Shown piece after piece: positions 9,216 through 19,662 of a stretch of DNA of 64,000 bases; position 1 is the first letter of the stretch; each line of letters begins with the position of its first letter. The notes below the pieces were generated by a model, which was not told the origin of the DNA, did not search any database, and was given only the letters and a program-made list of their open reading frames with translations. Source of the stretch: Bdellovibrionales bacterium (lineage in GTDB: Bacteria > Bdellovibrionota > Bdellovibrionia > Bdellovibrionales > JAGQZY01); the NCBI GenBank assembly GCA_964230645.1, contig CAXRHT010000002.1:1536001-1600000 (forward strand). Direction: 5' to 3'. The position numbers and the translations under genes were made by a program.

Positions 9216-11003
9216 ATGAATTTTAGTAAAGACGAAATTGCATTTCTTTTTAACCTGTCGAACAACTATATTTTGAGATTGAACAATAATTTTAAGATCG
9301 TCGAGTTTAACAAGCCATGGGAAGAAAGGTTTTTCAACTCACCTACGTCTAAAAAAAGTTTCTTTGAATTTTGCCACCCCAAAGATCAAGAAAAATGCAA
9401 AAGTGTTCTGAAAGCTGTTATGCAGGAGAAAAAAACTAACACCTTTTATCTTCGATTTTGTACAGAGTCCGGAGAAACCCGATTTATCTCTTGGAAAATT
9501 GGCTTTCAACAGAACGAATTTTTTGTCATTGGCACAGATAAAACTGAGGGGGAATTGCAGAAAAGATATTTCTCTGAAATACAAGAGGCCGCTAAAATTG
9601 GTTATTGGCGCCTTGATTTAAAGACTCAAAATCCAATATGGAGTAAAAAAACTTATGACATCCACGGGGTCGAAGTTGGAACTCCGGTTGATTTAGGGAA
9701 GGCTTTGGATTTCTTCACCCCAACCTCTCGAGCAGTTGTTGAAGCAAAAGTTCAGGACGCCATTGGAAAAGGTATCTCCTACGATGAAGAGCTGGAATTC
9801 ATAAATGCGCGCGGCGAAAATCTATGGGTTCGGGCAGTCGGCAAACCGGTCATTGTGGATGACGAGGTCATTGAGCTTTATGGAGTTTTTCAAGATATTA
9901 CAGAGCGAAAACTCGCCAAAATTCAACTCGAGTATGTCTACGAAATGGCTGGTGATGGGTTCTGGGATTGGCACATCAAAGATGACTATGAGTACATGTC
10001 CCCTCGTTTTTGGGATATTTTAGGCTTCTCACCTTCAGAAAAGAAACATCACCCTTCCGAATGGCAAGAACTCATGTTTGAAGAAGATCTCAAAATATCT
10101 TTGGATAATTTTGAAAAACACGTTGCTACTAAAGGAGCCCATCCCTTTTGGCAGGAAGTGCGTTATAGACACAAAGACGGCTCAACAGTTTGGGTAGTTT
10201 GCAAAGGTAAAGTCATTGAGTGGGATGAAAACAATCAAGCGGTCCGTATGATCGGTACGCACACAGATATAACCAGTCTTAAAAAAGCACAAGTTCGCTT
10301 AACTGAAACAGCGAAACTTTCTGCACTCGGCGAAATGGCCGGCGGTATCGCTCATGAGATAAATAACCCTCTTGCCATCATTGCTACTAATTCCGTTTTA
10401 ATGAAACTCTTACTGGAGAATCCCGAAAAAACAGATAACAAAAAATTGTTAGAATCTGTAAATACTATCGAGAGAACAGTTAAAAGAATTTCCAAGATTG
10501 TAGATGGGATGCGGCAACTCCTGCGCAACCAAGGTAAAAAAGTTTTCAAAGAACATAGTACCCACGAAGTTATTGATAAATCGCTGGCTCTTTGTACGGA
10601 AAAAATTAAATCAAAATGTATCGAACTCAAAGTTAACACTGCTGAGGACACGCTAATATACTGTAATCTCACGCAAATCACTCAAGTCCTTATCAACTTA
10701 ATTAGTAACTCTATCGATGCAATCGAAGATAGCTCAACTCCATGGCTCCAAATAGAGACTCGAACAGGTAGAAATAGCACCCAAATCGTTGTGACCGATT
10801 CCGGACCAGGAATACCATTGAAACATCAAAAAAAGCTATTTGAACCGTTCTACTCGACTAAAGATGTTACAAAAGGAACAGGTCTAGGTCTCAGTATTTC
10901 CAGAGAGATTTTAGAAAATCATGGCGGTACGCTCTTCTTAAATGTTGACTGCCCTAACACAAGTTTTATTATTGAGTTACCCAATAACGCTTTATCAAAG
11001 TAG
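9216..11003 (+). CDS. Cytoplasmic multi-PAS sensor histidine kinase
   Basis: Three PAS/PAC-like repeats (GVFQDITERK, GTHTDIT); H-box IAHEINNPL; N box NLISNSIDA; DSGPG, GTGLGL; no TM segment. Confidence 0.92.
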   Translation: MNFSKDEIAFLFNLSNNYILRLNNNFKIVEFNKPWEERFFNSPTSKKSFFEFCHPKDQEKCKSVLKAVMQEKKTNTFYLRFCTESGETRFISWKIGFQQNEFFVIGTDKTEGELQKRYFSEIQEAAKIGYWRLDLKTQNPIWSKKTYDIHGVEVGTPVDLGKALDFFTPTSRAVVEAKVQDAIGKGISYDEELEFINARGENLWVRAVGKPVIVDDEVIELYGVFQDITERKLAKIQLEYVYEMAGDGFWDWHIKDDYEYMSPRFWDILGFSPSEKKHHPSEWQELMFEEDLKISLDNFEKHVATKGAHPFWQEVRYRHKDGSTVWVVCKGKVIEWDENNQAVRMIGTHTDITSLKKAQVRLTETAKLSALGEMAGGIAHEINNPLAIIATNSVLMKLLLENPEKTDNKKLLESVNTIERTVKRISKIVDGMRQLLRNQGKKVFKEHSTHEVIDKSLALCTEKIKSKCIELKVNTAEDTLIYCNLTQITQVLINLISNSIDAIEDSSTPWLQIETRTGRNSTQIVVTDSGPGIPLKHQKKLFEPFYSTKDVTKGTGLGLSISREILENHGGTLFLNVDCPNTSFIIELPNNALSK

Positions 11004-11008
11004 GTTGC

Positions 11009-11371
11009 GTGACAAAAATACTGATCGTCGATGACGAAACAAATGTTTGTGAAACACTTAAAAGTATTTTAGAAATTGCTGGAGATTACGAAATTTTCAC
11101 AGCAAACAATGGTCTTGATGGTTTAAGGATATACGAAGAGTCTCGACCTGATCTTTTAATCACGGATATTAAGATGCCAGTTCGAGACGGCCTTTGGTTA
11201 ATCGATCATGTACGCTCTGATAACAGAGACATTCCAATAATAATGATGTCAGGTTTCACCTCTGCCACCTTCGAAGAGATTGAAAGTCGAAAGACGCAAG
11301 CCTTCATAAGAAAGCCTCAGGACATGTCCGATATCTTAGGAATCGTTGGCAATGTTCTTCAAGCCAGTTGA
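11009..11371 (+). CDS. Single-domain response regulator
   Basis: IVDDE, TDIKMP, MSG, RKP; GTG start just after kinase. Confidence 0.9.
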   Translation: MTKILIVDDETNVCETLKSILEIAGDYEIFTANNGLDGLRIYEESRPDLLITDIKMPVRDGLWLIDHVRSDNRDIPIIMMSGFTSATFEEIESRKTQAFIRKPQDMSDILGIVGNVLQAS

Positions 11372-11374
11372 ATC

Positions 11375-12211
11375 CTAGGTATTAGTGACAAGCGCACTTG
11401 TGAAAATATAGAACTGGTGGGAATTGATTTCAAATTCAAAAGCGACTCCGATAAAACTCTCGAGTCCGCCATTTTCTATTGATAATTGAGTTCCGACAGG
11501 ATTGCGAGAGGACTTCTTTCTCTCTGCATAATTCATAAATTCCATAAGTCTTCTATATATTCCTTTGGTGATATCATCTCCAGAGCTTTCACTTTCGATC
11601 ACAGGCTGAAAGGGCTTATCAACAGAGAGAGCTATTACACGAAAGCCTAGATCATCATCGATCACTTTTCGAACCACGAACCTATGCTCGATCTTCTCAC
11701 CTTGCTTCTTCAGGAAGGCTCTTTTTTGTGAAATCTCTGTCTCGCCATCTTGGTCCTGAAAAAAGTTATTAATATTTTCATAAATAAGATTGGCTCCATT
11801 AACCGGTATACGACTTTTATTAGATTTTACCTTCAACTGGTCTTCGACAATTTTAACTAGCTTATTGGGGTCGTATGGTTTTTCGACGATAATTAGATAA
11901 TCAAACATATCCAAAGAATACGTTTCCACTTTTCCCGACAAGACTATGATAGGTGTGTGTTCATTCAAAACATTTCGCCGGATAGAGTTGATCAATGAAA
12001 CACCCTCTTTTCGAGGCATATTGAGGTCTGTTATTATACAGTCGAATTTTTGTTGAGATATTTTCGACGTGGCTTCGATTCCATCTTTGGCTGTTTGGAA
12101 TCGAACGTCACTGCCTAGAAACTCTGTGAACAGACTAATAAGAGACGTACAAATATCCTCTTCATCATCAACGATTAAAATCCACTTCAAATTCTTCGTC
12201 TCTATATCCAT
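11375..12211 (-). CDS. Response regulator with uncharacterised C-terminal domain
   Basis: REC motifs VDDEE, TDLNMP, LSG, EKP; about 150-aa C-terminal domain not recognised (possibly degenerate CheX-like). Confidence 0.8.
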   Translation of the reverse strand: MDIETKNLKWILIVDDEEDICTSLISLFTEFLGSDVRFQTAKDGIEATSKISQQKFDCIITDLNMPRKEGVSLINSIRRNVLNEHTPIIVLSGKVETYSLDMFDYLIIVEKPYDPNKLVKIVEDQLKVKSNKSRIPVNGANLIYENINNFFQDQDGETEISQKRAFLKKQGEKIEHRFVVRKVIDDDLGFRVIALSVDKPFQPVIESESSGDDITKGIYRRLMEFMNYAERKKSSRNPVGTQLSIENGGLESFIGVAFEFEINSHQFYIFTSALVTNT

Positions 12212-12324
12212 GACCGTAAATAGATTCTAATTATAATTCTCAGAGACTTCAAACTCTACATTGTTGATGAGTGCAGATATAAGGCTTTGGTCCAACCCTA
12301 AAAAGGAGTAGGACCAAAGAAGAA

Positions 12325-14010
12325 CTATTTTTTAGATCCGCCGAAAAGGCCTTTTAAAGCACCAGTGACTTTACCGACAAGCCCTGAACTGTTGGACTTC
12401 TCTTTTGATGAAGCCGGCTTTTTGCCTGTGCGAGCTTTTTGTTTGTATTTCTTCTGCCCAGAAGAATTATTGCGTCTTTTCTTTGAGCTTTTGCCAGAGT
12501 CTTTTTTACTTTTATGACGACCCGAACGCTTGTCGCGATGGACCTGCTTGCTAGACTCTTTGTTTTCATCTTCGTTTCTTTTTGAACGAGGTTTGTTGGA
12601 CTTTTTAGACTTGTCTGATTTTTTCGAATCCTTGGAGTCTTTTGAATCCTTAGAGTCTTTGCTTCCTTTTTTCTTTCGATCGTCTTTTTTCCGATCATCT
12701 TTTTTGCGGCCGCCACGGTCGTTTTTACCACGACGCCCTTTGGATGACTTGCGGGAATCTCCCTTTTTACCACCACGACTTTTCTTCACAAACAGTTCTC
12801 CTTTGGGGAAAGCCTCGTAATCTTTCGGAAGCTCTTCATCTTCCATCCAGTCAGCTTCCACAGACCGCCCCAGGTATTTATGGATGCGGTCAAGGGCCTC
12901 AACGTCTTTGTCAGAAACAAAGCTAAAGGCTTTTCCTTTTTCACCCGCTCGCCCCGTTCTGCCGATACGATGAACATAGTTTTCTGCATCATCAGGTAGC
13001 TCATAGTTGATAACTAGGTCGACACCTTCAACGTCGAGTCCACGAGCGGCCACGTCAGTGGCTACTAAAATATTTTCTCCGCCGTCTTCACGAAAACGAC
13101 TCATCACACGTGTTCTTTGTGACTGGGAAAGCAAACTCGAAATCCCAACAGCCTTGTGATTGTTTTTATTTAAAAACTCGGCCACACGCTCGACCTGGCT
13201 TTTAAAGTTGGTAAAGATGATGACCTGCTTAGGCTTAAGACGCTCCAAAATTCCAAGAAGATGTCCTGGCTTCTCATCGCGTCCAAGGTGAAAAATTTTG
13301 TCATCCACGTTGTCAGCCGTTTTTTTATCTTCAGAAACTTTAATCTCAACAGGATTAGCCCCAAACTGATAGGCCACGTTAAAGACATCGAGATTCAAGG
13401 TGGCACTAAAAAGAAGAAGCTGTCTGTTCTCGGGGATTCTTCTTAAGATGTATTTCATATCATCTTTAAATCCCATATCGAACATTCGATCGGCCTCATC
13501 AAAGGTGATGGAGCGGACTTGTTTTAAATCCACTTTGTGGTTTTTATAAAGATCAATCAATCGACCGGGTGTCGCGATTAAAAAGGTGAAGCCTTTTTCC
13601 AATTGTTGAATTTGTTTGTCGATGGAAACCCCACCATAAACGACAACCACTCGGTGATCGGTGCCTTTTAAGAAATCGAGAGCCACCTCTTTGACTTGTT
13701 CGGCTAACTCTCTAGTAGGTACTAAAACCAAATTGAAATGATTATGTTCCCAATTCTCAAAGCCTCTTTTATCAATGTCTTCATCACCTGTGGGTTTGCC
13801 AGAGCGTAGAACTCTTTCTATGAGAGGTAAAAGAAAGGCCGCTGTTTTCCCGGTTCCCGTCTGAGCAAGACCAGCCACATCCTGACCGGTTAAGACAAGG
13901 GGAATAGCTTTTTCCTGTATTGGCGTGGTTTTATCGAAACCCAGCTGCTCGAGGGCTCCATTCAGGTGATCATCTAATTTGTATTCGCTAAACTGTTTTC
14001 CTAGATCCAT
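12325..14010 (-). CDS. DEAD-box RNA helicase with long Lys/Arg-rich tail
   Basis: AQTGTGKT, PTRELA, TPGR, DEAD, SAT, ARGLD, HRIGRTGR motifs. Confidence 0.95.
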   Translation of the reverse strand: MDLGKQFSEYKLDDHLNGALEQLGFDKTTPIQEKAIPLVLTGQDVAGLAQTGTGKTAAFLLPLIERVLRSGKPTGDEDIDKRGFENWEHNHFNLVLVPTRELAEQVKEVALDFLKGTDHRVVVVYGGVSIDKQIQQLEKGFTFLIATPGRLIDLYKNHKVDLKQVRSITFDEADRMFDMGFKDDMKYILRRIPENRQLLLFSATLNLDVFNVAYQFGANPVEIKVSEDKKTADNVDDKIFHLGRDEKPGHLLGILERLKPKQVIIFTNFKSQVERVAEFLNKNNHKAVGISSLLSQSQRTRVMSRFREDGGENILVATDVAARGLDVEGVDLVINYELPDDAENYVHRIGRTGRAGEKGKAFSFVSDKDVEALDRIHKYLGRSVEADWMEDEELPKDYEAFPKGELFVKKSRGGKKGDSRKSSKGRRGKNDRGGRKKDDRKKDDRKKKGSKDSKDSKDSKDSKKSDKSKKSNKPRSKRNEDENKESSKQVHRDKRSGRHKSKKDSGKSSKKRRNNSSGQKKYKQKARTGKKPASSKEKSNSSGLVGKVTGALKGLFGGSKK

Positions 14011-14096
14011 TTAAACTCGTTGATATCTGTGCTGTATTAAAATTCTCTCTCAAACCATTGAGCAGTGAATCATTTTAAGCAATTTTAGACGTTCTA

Positions 14097-14918
14097 TCAC
14101 TGCTTTAGATCCCCCGCAATATTGAAAAACTCCCTCAGGAAACGAATCACCTCCCGTGGCTTCTCTGCGTGGACCCAGTGACCGGCTCCTGGCACCTCTC
14201 GACCTTGGATATTTTCATTGTTGGCCACAACTTTTTCAAAATCTTCCTTGGGAAGATCGGTTGAAACCCCACCACGAATCAATAATGTGGGCATGGTGAG
14301 ACTTTTAAACTCACCCCAATGATCTTTACTGCGGGAATTTTCAAGAGTGTTGACGACCCCCTTTTTTGAAAAAGTCCAGTCATATTGGCCATTTCGATCG
14401 GTGAGATTAGAATAAAAGAACTCTGTGAGCATTTTGCTCTGATACTTCGCTAGGAACTCATCATCGAAGAACGCGCGGGCTTTTTTCCTGGATTCAAAAG
14501 GTGTCGGCACAAAGTTTACTTTTTCAATAATTCCCTGCATGGAGCCCCAATCGGAGGTCGGTCCGATATCCACAATCACTAATTTTTCCACCCTCTCAGG
14601 GTGCTCATTAGCAAATTGCAGAGCCACGCGCCCTCCCATGGAGTGGCCCACTAGATAAATGGGAGACGTCCAGCTTAATTCATCGAGGACACCCAGCAAG
14701 TCTTGGGCATAGTCTTTGAGCTCATAACCACTCTCTGGATGGGAAGATTTGCCATGCCCCCGTTGATCGAGCAGCAAACACTGGAAATTTTTTGAAAAGT
14801 TTTTAGCAATGCTCTGCCAGTTCCTTCCCTGTCCCATGATTCCATGTAAAAATATTAATTTTGGAGATGTGTCCTCACCTATAATTTGATAGTGAATAGG
14901 ATTCTGATTTTGAGCCAT
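14097..14918 (-). CDS. Alpha/beta hydrolase (YbfF-like esterase)
   Basis: LHGIMG, DQRGHG, GHSMGG, AGHWVHAEKP. Confidence 0.9.
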   Translation of the reverse strand: MAQNQNPIHYQIIGEDTSPKLIFLHGIMGQGRNWQSIAKNFSKNFQCLLLDQRGHGKSSHPESGYELKDYAQDLLGVLDELSWTSPIYLVGHSMGGRVALQFANEHPERVEKLVIVDIGPTSDWGSMQGIIEKVNFVPTPFESRKKARAFFDDEFLAKYQSKMLTEFFYSNLTDRNGQYDWTFSKKGVVNTLENSRSKDHWGEFKSLTMPTLLIRGGVSTDLPKEDFEKVVANNENIQGREVPGAGHWVHAEKPREVIRFLREFFNIAGDLKQ

Positions 14919-14919
14919 T

Positions 14920-16089
14920 ATGAACCTGAGTGTCGAAGAAGTGAAACATAAGCTACCATTAAATCAAGAGTGGATCGATCCACAGGCCCTGAAGTTAGTT
15001 AAAAAACTTCAAAGCCACAACCACACCACATATCTTGTGGGTGGGTGCGTCAGAGATCTTCTTATTGGCTTACCTCCTAAAGATTTTGATATCGCCACTT
15101 CGGCTCTTCCCAAAGAGGTGAACAAAATCATACGTCCGTCCTATATTATTGGACGACGCTTCAAGCTCGTGTTGGTGAAACGCTATGGGGAACAGTACGA
15201 AATCTCCACCTTCCGCACCCAAAGTGACGACGAAGATGAAGAGGGAAGCCTCATTACCGACGACAACACTTTTGGAACATCAGAGGACGATGCCAGAAGG
15301 CGAGATTTCACCATCAATAGCTTTTTCTATGATCCGGTCGAGCAAGAACTGATCGATTATTGTGGTGGCCTAAAAGATATCGAGAAGCGAGTGGTCCGAA
15401 TGATAGGCGATCCCGAAATTCGTATTCAGGAGGATCCTCTAAGAATGCTCAGAGCCATTCGCTTTGCCTATAAATCGCAATTCTCGATTGAGCCAACATT
15501 AAGAGAGGCTATTTTTAATTTGGCCGACCAAATTCAGCTCACCGTACTTCCTAGAAAAAGAGAAGAGCTTTTAAAGTTTTTAAGGCTGGATTCAGCCGCT
15601 CAAATTCTGTGGGAGTGTCACGACTTAAACCTTTTAAAACATTTAAGCCCCACACTTGATGAAGCTTTAAATGGGGAAAATGCCGATCTTTTTATTTCTA
15701 ATCTTAATAAGGGACTGAATAAAGTCACCGACGACTCCAACTCCCACGAACTTTTCGCGGTTTTACTCTTTTCTCTTATCAATTCCCGCTATCCTGATTT
15801 TTGTGAAAAGCTGGACATGAGTAAAAACCAAAAAGAATCTTTGAGTCATATTTTAAGAGAAGAATGGGGCATGTTTCGAAACGAACAGGACTTATTTTTT
15901 CAGTCTTTAAGATTCATCCAGCAACTAAGAGACATCAAATCCGTTAAAAAACTGAGAAACCGCTACATTGCTCATTTATCAAAAAGCAATAGCATGCCAA
16001 TTGCCCTTACTCTTTCTATTGCCTACAAGCTCCTTCCCGAGAATGAGATCTACTACTGGTTGGGCCAGTACTGGAAAGAAAACGGTTAA
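14920..16089 (+). CDS. pcnB: Poly(A) polymerase I
   Basis: VGGCVRD, DFD, RRDFTIN, EDPLRMLRA and the PAP-specific IIGRRFKLVLV signature. Confidence 0.8.
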   Translation: MNLSVEEVKHKLPLNQEWIDPQALKLVKKLQSHNHTTYLVGGCVRDLLIGLPPKDFDIATSALPKEVNKIIRPSYIIGRRFKLVLVKRYGEQYEISTFRTQSDDEDEEGSLITDDNTFGTSEDDARRRDFTINSFFYDPVEQELIDYCGGLKDIEKRVVRMIGDPEIRIQEDPLRMLRAIRFAYKSQFSIEPTLREAIFNLADQIQLTVLPRKREELLKFLRLDSAAQILWECHDLNLLKHLSPTLDEALNGENADLFISNLNKGLNKVTDDSNSHELFAVLLFSLINSRYPDFCEKLDMSKNQKESLSHILREEWGMFRNEQDLFFQSLRFIQQLRDIKSVKKLRNRYIAHLSKSNSMPIALTLSIAYKLLPENEIYYWLGQYWKENG

Positions 16090-16232
16090 AACACCTGCTA
16101 AGCAAAAGTCCAGTCACAGACCAGGCTTAATAGGAAGCCTTTGGGATAGAATCTTAATCCCCAAGAATCATAAGCCATAGAAATCAGCGAACAATAGTGG
16201 TATAGTTAGGGAAACTCTCACAGGAGGACACA

Positions 16233-16472
16233 ATGGGTGTAGGTGGAGGTCAAATTCTCATAATTGCCATCATTTTGGTGGTCCTTTTTGTCGCGCCAGC
16301 CAGACTTCCCGGACTCGGTAAATCTTTAGCCCAAGCTATTAAAGGTTTCAAAAAGGGAATCACAGACGACGATGATGAAACAGACGTGACGGAGTCAGTT
16401 AAAAGAGAAAAGCTTGATGAAAGCGAATCTGAGCCCGTTGCAAAGAAAAAAACAGAAAAGGAGAAAGTTTAA
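16233..16472 (+). CDS. tatA: Twin-arginine translocase TatA/E
   Basis: TM helix then RLPGLGKSLAQAIKGFKKG and charged tail; RBS AGGAGG. Confidence 0.85.
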   Translation: MGVGGGQILIIAIILVVLFVAPARLPGLGKSLAQAIKGFKKGITDDDDETDVTESVKREKLDESESEPVAKKKTEKEKV

Positions 16473-16505
16473 AACTTTCTCCCCCTCACTTCTTGGAGCC
16501 AAATC

Positions 16506-16982
16506 TTGTCTCCCTTTTTTCTTACTATTTTCAAAGATAAAAAATTAATATTTGCTTTACTGGGCCTAGTTATAATCGGAGGCCTCATTGCAAGCTTTGG
16601 TCCCGAAGACTCTTTAGATGCCAAACTTTACTACAGCGGCAATGAAGCTAGTCTTTTCTTCAGTTCTCTCTCTGAGGCAGCCGTTCAGAAGTATAAAAAT
16701 CAAGAAGTCCTCGATTTGTTCTTTATCTTCTTTTACACCACAATTTTTTACAGACTTTTACGACTCAGAAAGCCCGAAAGAGCTTTCCTACTTTGTTTAA
16801 TCCCAGGAATACTGGATTATTCTGAGACACTTAGCATTCTTTATTATCTTTTAAATGCCCAAAGCCCCATACCCCTTAATTGGCTGGGGTATGTCACATT
16901 CCTTAAATGGTTCTCAGGCTTTTTACTAAGCCTCTATATTGCTTTTATTTTAGTGACTGGGCCGCTTCGACAATCGCGCTAA
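16506..16982 (+). CDS. Hypothetical membrane protein
   Basis: 158 aa, about four hydrophobic segments; start uncertain. Confidence 0.55.
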   Translation: MSPFFLTIFKDKKLIFALLGLVIIGGLIASFGPEDSLDAKLYYSGNEASLFFSSLSEAAVQKYKNQEVLDLFFIFFYTTIFYRLLRLRKPERAFLLCLIPGILDYSETLSILYYLLNAQSPIPLNWLGYVTFLKWFSGFLLSLYIAFILVTGPLRQSR

Positions 16983-18960
16983 CTCCTAAACCAAACTTTT
17001 CGTAAAGAAGATCTGAGGTGTAAGCGCTTCGACCGAAGTGATCTTCGATCCCGAGACTTTTCATTTTAAAATCTAAGCCTTCTTGGGAAAGAGCATGGGA
17101 AAGCATGGCTCCCATTCCCGCCACCACTCTATGATCTTCCATTGTGACAATACGACCTTTGGTTTTCTCTAAACAATCTTGGACGGTCTCAAGATCAGGG
17201 TCATTTATCATGGAGGCGTTTACAACAATCGAGCCCACACCTTTTTCACTGAGCTCTTTTTGAGCCAGTAGGGCGTTTTCCACCATCGAGCCGCATGTCA
17301 TCAGAAGAATGGACTCATCATTGTTACCAGATTCATCTTTTAGTACTTGAGCTTTGCCGTACTTATACTCGGTGCCTTCGATAAAGCTTTTAGGATAAGT
17401 TTCTCGTCCAAGGAAAAAGACGGTAGATCTAGGGATGTCTCCCTTTTTACGAGTCTCAGCAAACTTTTCGATACATTCGGTGATCAGAGCCTCAGCCTCA
17501 TCGGCACAGGTCAAACAAATCACATCCACGTTTGGAATAGCGGACATCATGGAAAAATAGGTTAAGGCTTGATGAGAAGCCCCATCCGCCGCATCTTGAA
17601 ATCCGGTATGAGAGTACATGGCTATAATAGGGGCTTGCGAGAGACCTGACATGATCATCGGCAGAGCCCCTTTGGTAATACCAAACTGCGCAAAGGTATC
17701 GACCACAGGAATATAACCCTGCTTGGAAAGTCCTACTGCCATATTGACCATATTGGCCTCAGCAACACCCACTTCAAAGCTCGCCTCTGGAAACTCTTTT
17801 CTAAAGTCGGCCACTCCTGTGGAGCCCTGCAAGTCGGCGGAAACTGAAACAATGGGAAAATCTTTTTTATACATGGAGATTAATGCATTGCTGACTCCCA
17901 CTTGAGTTTTCACGCGATCCCCGGGCCATTTTGCAAACGAAGGCTCTGGCTTCGAAAGATTTTTTAACTCTTCGGCCCACTCTAAAAGTTTTTCAGGAGT
18001 TTCACTACCGGAGTAAATCTCTTCCACAAATTCTTTAATTTCATCGGCCTTTTTCAATGGGAAACCATGACCACCCGAAGCCGACTTTTCAGCCTTAGCA
18101 CTCCCTTTTCCTTTGATCGTCTTAAACCAAAGGAGTTGAGGCTTTTTCGGTTGAGAGTTGGCTTTTTCAACAGCCGTTTCAACACTGTGGTAAACCTTTT
18201 CAAGGTCATGCCCATCTTCAATAAAAGTGACGTCCCATCCGAGTGCGGAAAAGGAATCAAAAGTGGGCTTCATGGAAAAAGAGTCGTCATCAATACGACC
18301 AGAAAGCTTGGTGTTGTTATCACTGACCATGCAGACAAAGGGGCCCAGCTTGTTCTTTTGTGCAAGACCAGGGATCGCGGCAAAAGCCTCTTTGGCCTCC
18401 CCTTCCATACAAGCGCCATCAGAAATCGCGGTGATCGTTGTACGCGGTTCCTTTTCAAAGGATTCAGCCGCGGCTAAACCTTGAGCTTGTGGAAGTCCCG
18501 ATCCTAAAGGACCATTACTAATATATACACCTTTTGGAAAAAGATGGGCCTCGCCATGTCCGGTCAGGCCACTCTCGATAGAGCGAAATCCCTTGAGATC
18601 GTCGACATCGATATCCGCCACTTTGTAGTTGGCCTTTAGAGCGTAAAGACCATTTTCACAGTGACCAGCATCATTGACGAAATGAAACAGCTCATGCCAT
18701 TGCTTCTGAGCGTCTCGCCCCTGGGTGTACATCAAAGCATGAGTGGCGGACATAATTTCAGCAAAAGCCGCAGGCCCCCCGTAGTGACTGGCAGCTCCAC
18801 CAATTACAGCTTGCATATCCATAAGAGCAACCAAGGCCCGGGTGGAACGAGGACAAGCCAGAGTGACAGACTCACCCGCTTTGTTTTTGATTTGAGTGGC
18901 GAACTGAGGGTCTCCGACAGGATTCCCATGCAAAGTAGGTCGTATATTGAGTTTTTCCAT
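16945..18960 (-). CDS. tkt: Transketolase (single-chain, atypical family)
   Basis: GPLGSG, TPP motif SDGACMEGEAKEA...DNN, SADLQGST, GVAEANM, DGASHQ, EDH. Confidence 0.85.
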   Translation of the reverse strand: MEKLNIRPTLHGNPVGDPQFATQIKNKAGESVTLACPRSTRALVALMDMQAVIGGAASHYGGPAAFAEIMSATHALMYTQGRDAQKQWHELFHFVNDAGHCENGLYALKANYKVADIDVDDLKGFRSIESGLTGHGEAHLFPKGVYISNGPLGSGLPQAQGLAAAESFEKEPRTTITAISDGACMEGEAKEAFAAIPGLAQKNKLGPFVCMVSDNNTKLSGRIDDDSFSMKPTFDSFSALGWDVTFIEDGHDLEKVYHSVETAVEKANSQPKKPQLLWFKTIKGKGSAKAEKSASGGHGFPLKKADEIKEFVEEIYSGSETPEKLLEWAEELKNLSKPEPSFAKWPGDRVKTQVGVSNALISMYKKDFPIVSVSADLQGSTGVADFRKEFPEASFEVGVAEANMVNMAVGLSKQGYIPVVDTFAQFGITKGALPMIMSGLSQAPIIAMYSHTGFQDAADGASHQALTYFSMMSAIPNVDVICLTCADEAEALITECIEKFAETRKKGDIPRSTVFFLGRETYPKSFIEGTEYKYGKAQVLKDESGNNDESILLMTCGSMVENALLAQKELSEKGVGSIVVNASMINDPDLETVQDCLEKTKGRIVTMEDHRVVAGMGAMLSHALSQEGLDFKMKSLGIEDHFGRSAYTSDLLYEKFGLGVSAIVEAAQSLK

Positions 18961-19020
18961 GCCCTGTAGCTACCTTTTCAAGGGGTTAAAATCAACGGCT
19001 TTTTCCCTTTTAAGTGAGCT

Positions 19021-19662
19021 TCAAAATATCTCTTCCTTGCAAATCTGGCCACGCTCAATTTGTGTGACTTTGCTAGCTAGAGCTTTAACGTCTTGCTCAT
19101 CATGGGTCACAAGTAATACGGGGCATTGCAGGTCCTCTGAAACTTTTTTTAGGAGCTGGCGCGATTTAATTTTGACCTCTTGATCAAGAGAAGAAAAGGG
19201 TTCGTCCATTAAAAGCATGCGCGGCTCATAAATTAAAGCTCGTGCCAGAGCGACCCGCTGCTTCTCACCCCCTGAAATTTTATGGATAGGCGATTTAAGA
19301 ATCTCTCCGATCTCAAGCTCTGTGGTCAGCTGGTCAAAAACACTCTTCCAGTGAGTTTGCTTTTTCTTATCCACAGGAAACAGAATATTGTTCTCAACAC
19401 TCATACTGGGAAATAAACCAGGCTCCTGAAACACCACACCCAAATTTCTTTTTTGAGGTGGAAGTTTATCAAGCTCGATATCCCTGAACTTCCACTCAAC
19501 CTCAGCCCTCTCATCCAGGCCTAAAAGCGCATTGATTATTGTGGATTTACCCGCCCCTGAAGGTCCCCACAAAACGGTGACCCCTTGATCTAAAATCTCC
19601 CAATTGTTGATATCAACAGCAAAGGTATTTAAATCACGATAAATCTTTTGAACGACTGACAT
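19021..19662 (-). CDS. thiQ: ABC transporter ATP-binding subunit (ThiQ-like)
   Basis: GPSGAGKS, ISGGEKQR, MDEPF; operon with ThiP/ThiB-like genes. Confidence 0.75.
   Translation of the reverse strand: MSVVQKIYRDLNTFAVDINNWEILDQGVTVLWGPSGAGKSTIINALLGLDERAEVEWKFRDIELDKLPPQKRNLGVVFQEPGLFPSMSVENNILFPVDKKKQTHWKSVFDQLTTELEIGEILKSPIHKISGGEKQRVALARALIYEPRMLLMDEPFSSLDQEVKIKSRQLLKKVSEDLQCPVLLVTHDEQDVKALASKVTQIERGQICKEEIF

Noticed and set aside
12354..12820. 140-aa and 96-aa ORFs over the helicase tail
   Set aside because: Alternative-frame artefacts of low-complexity sequence
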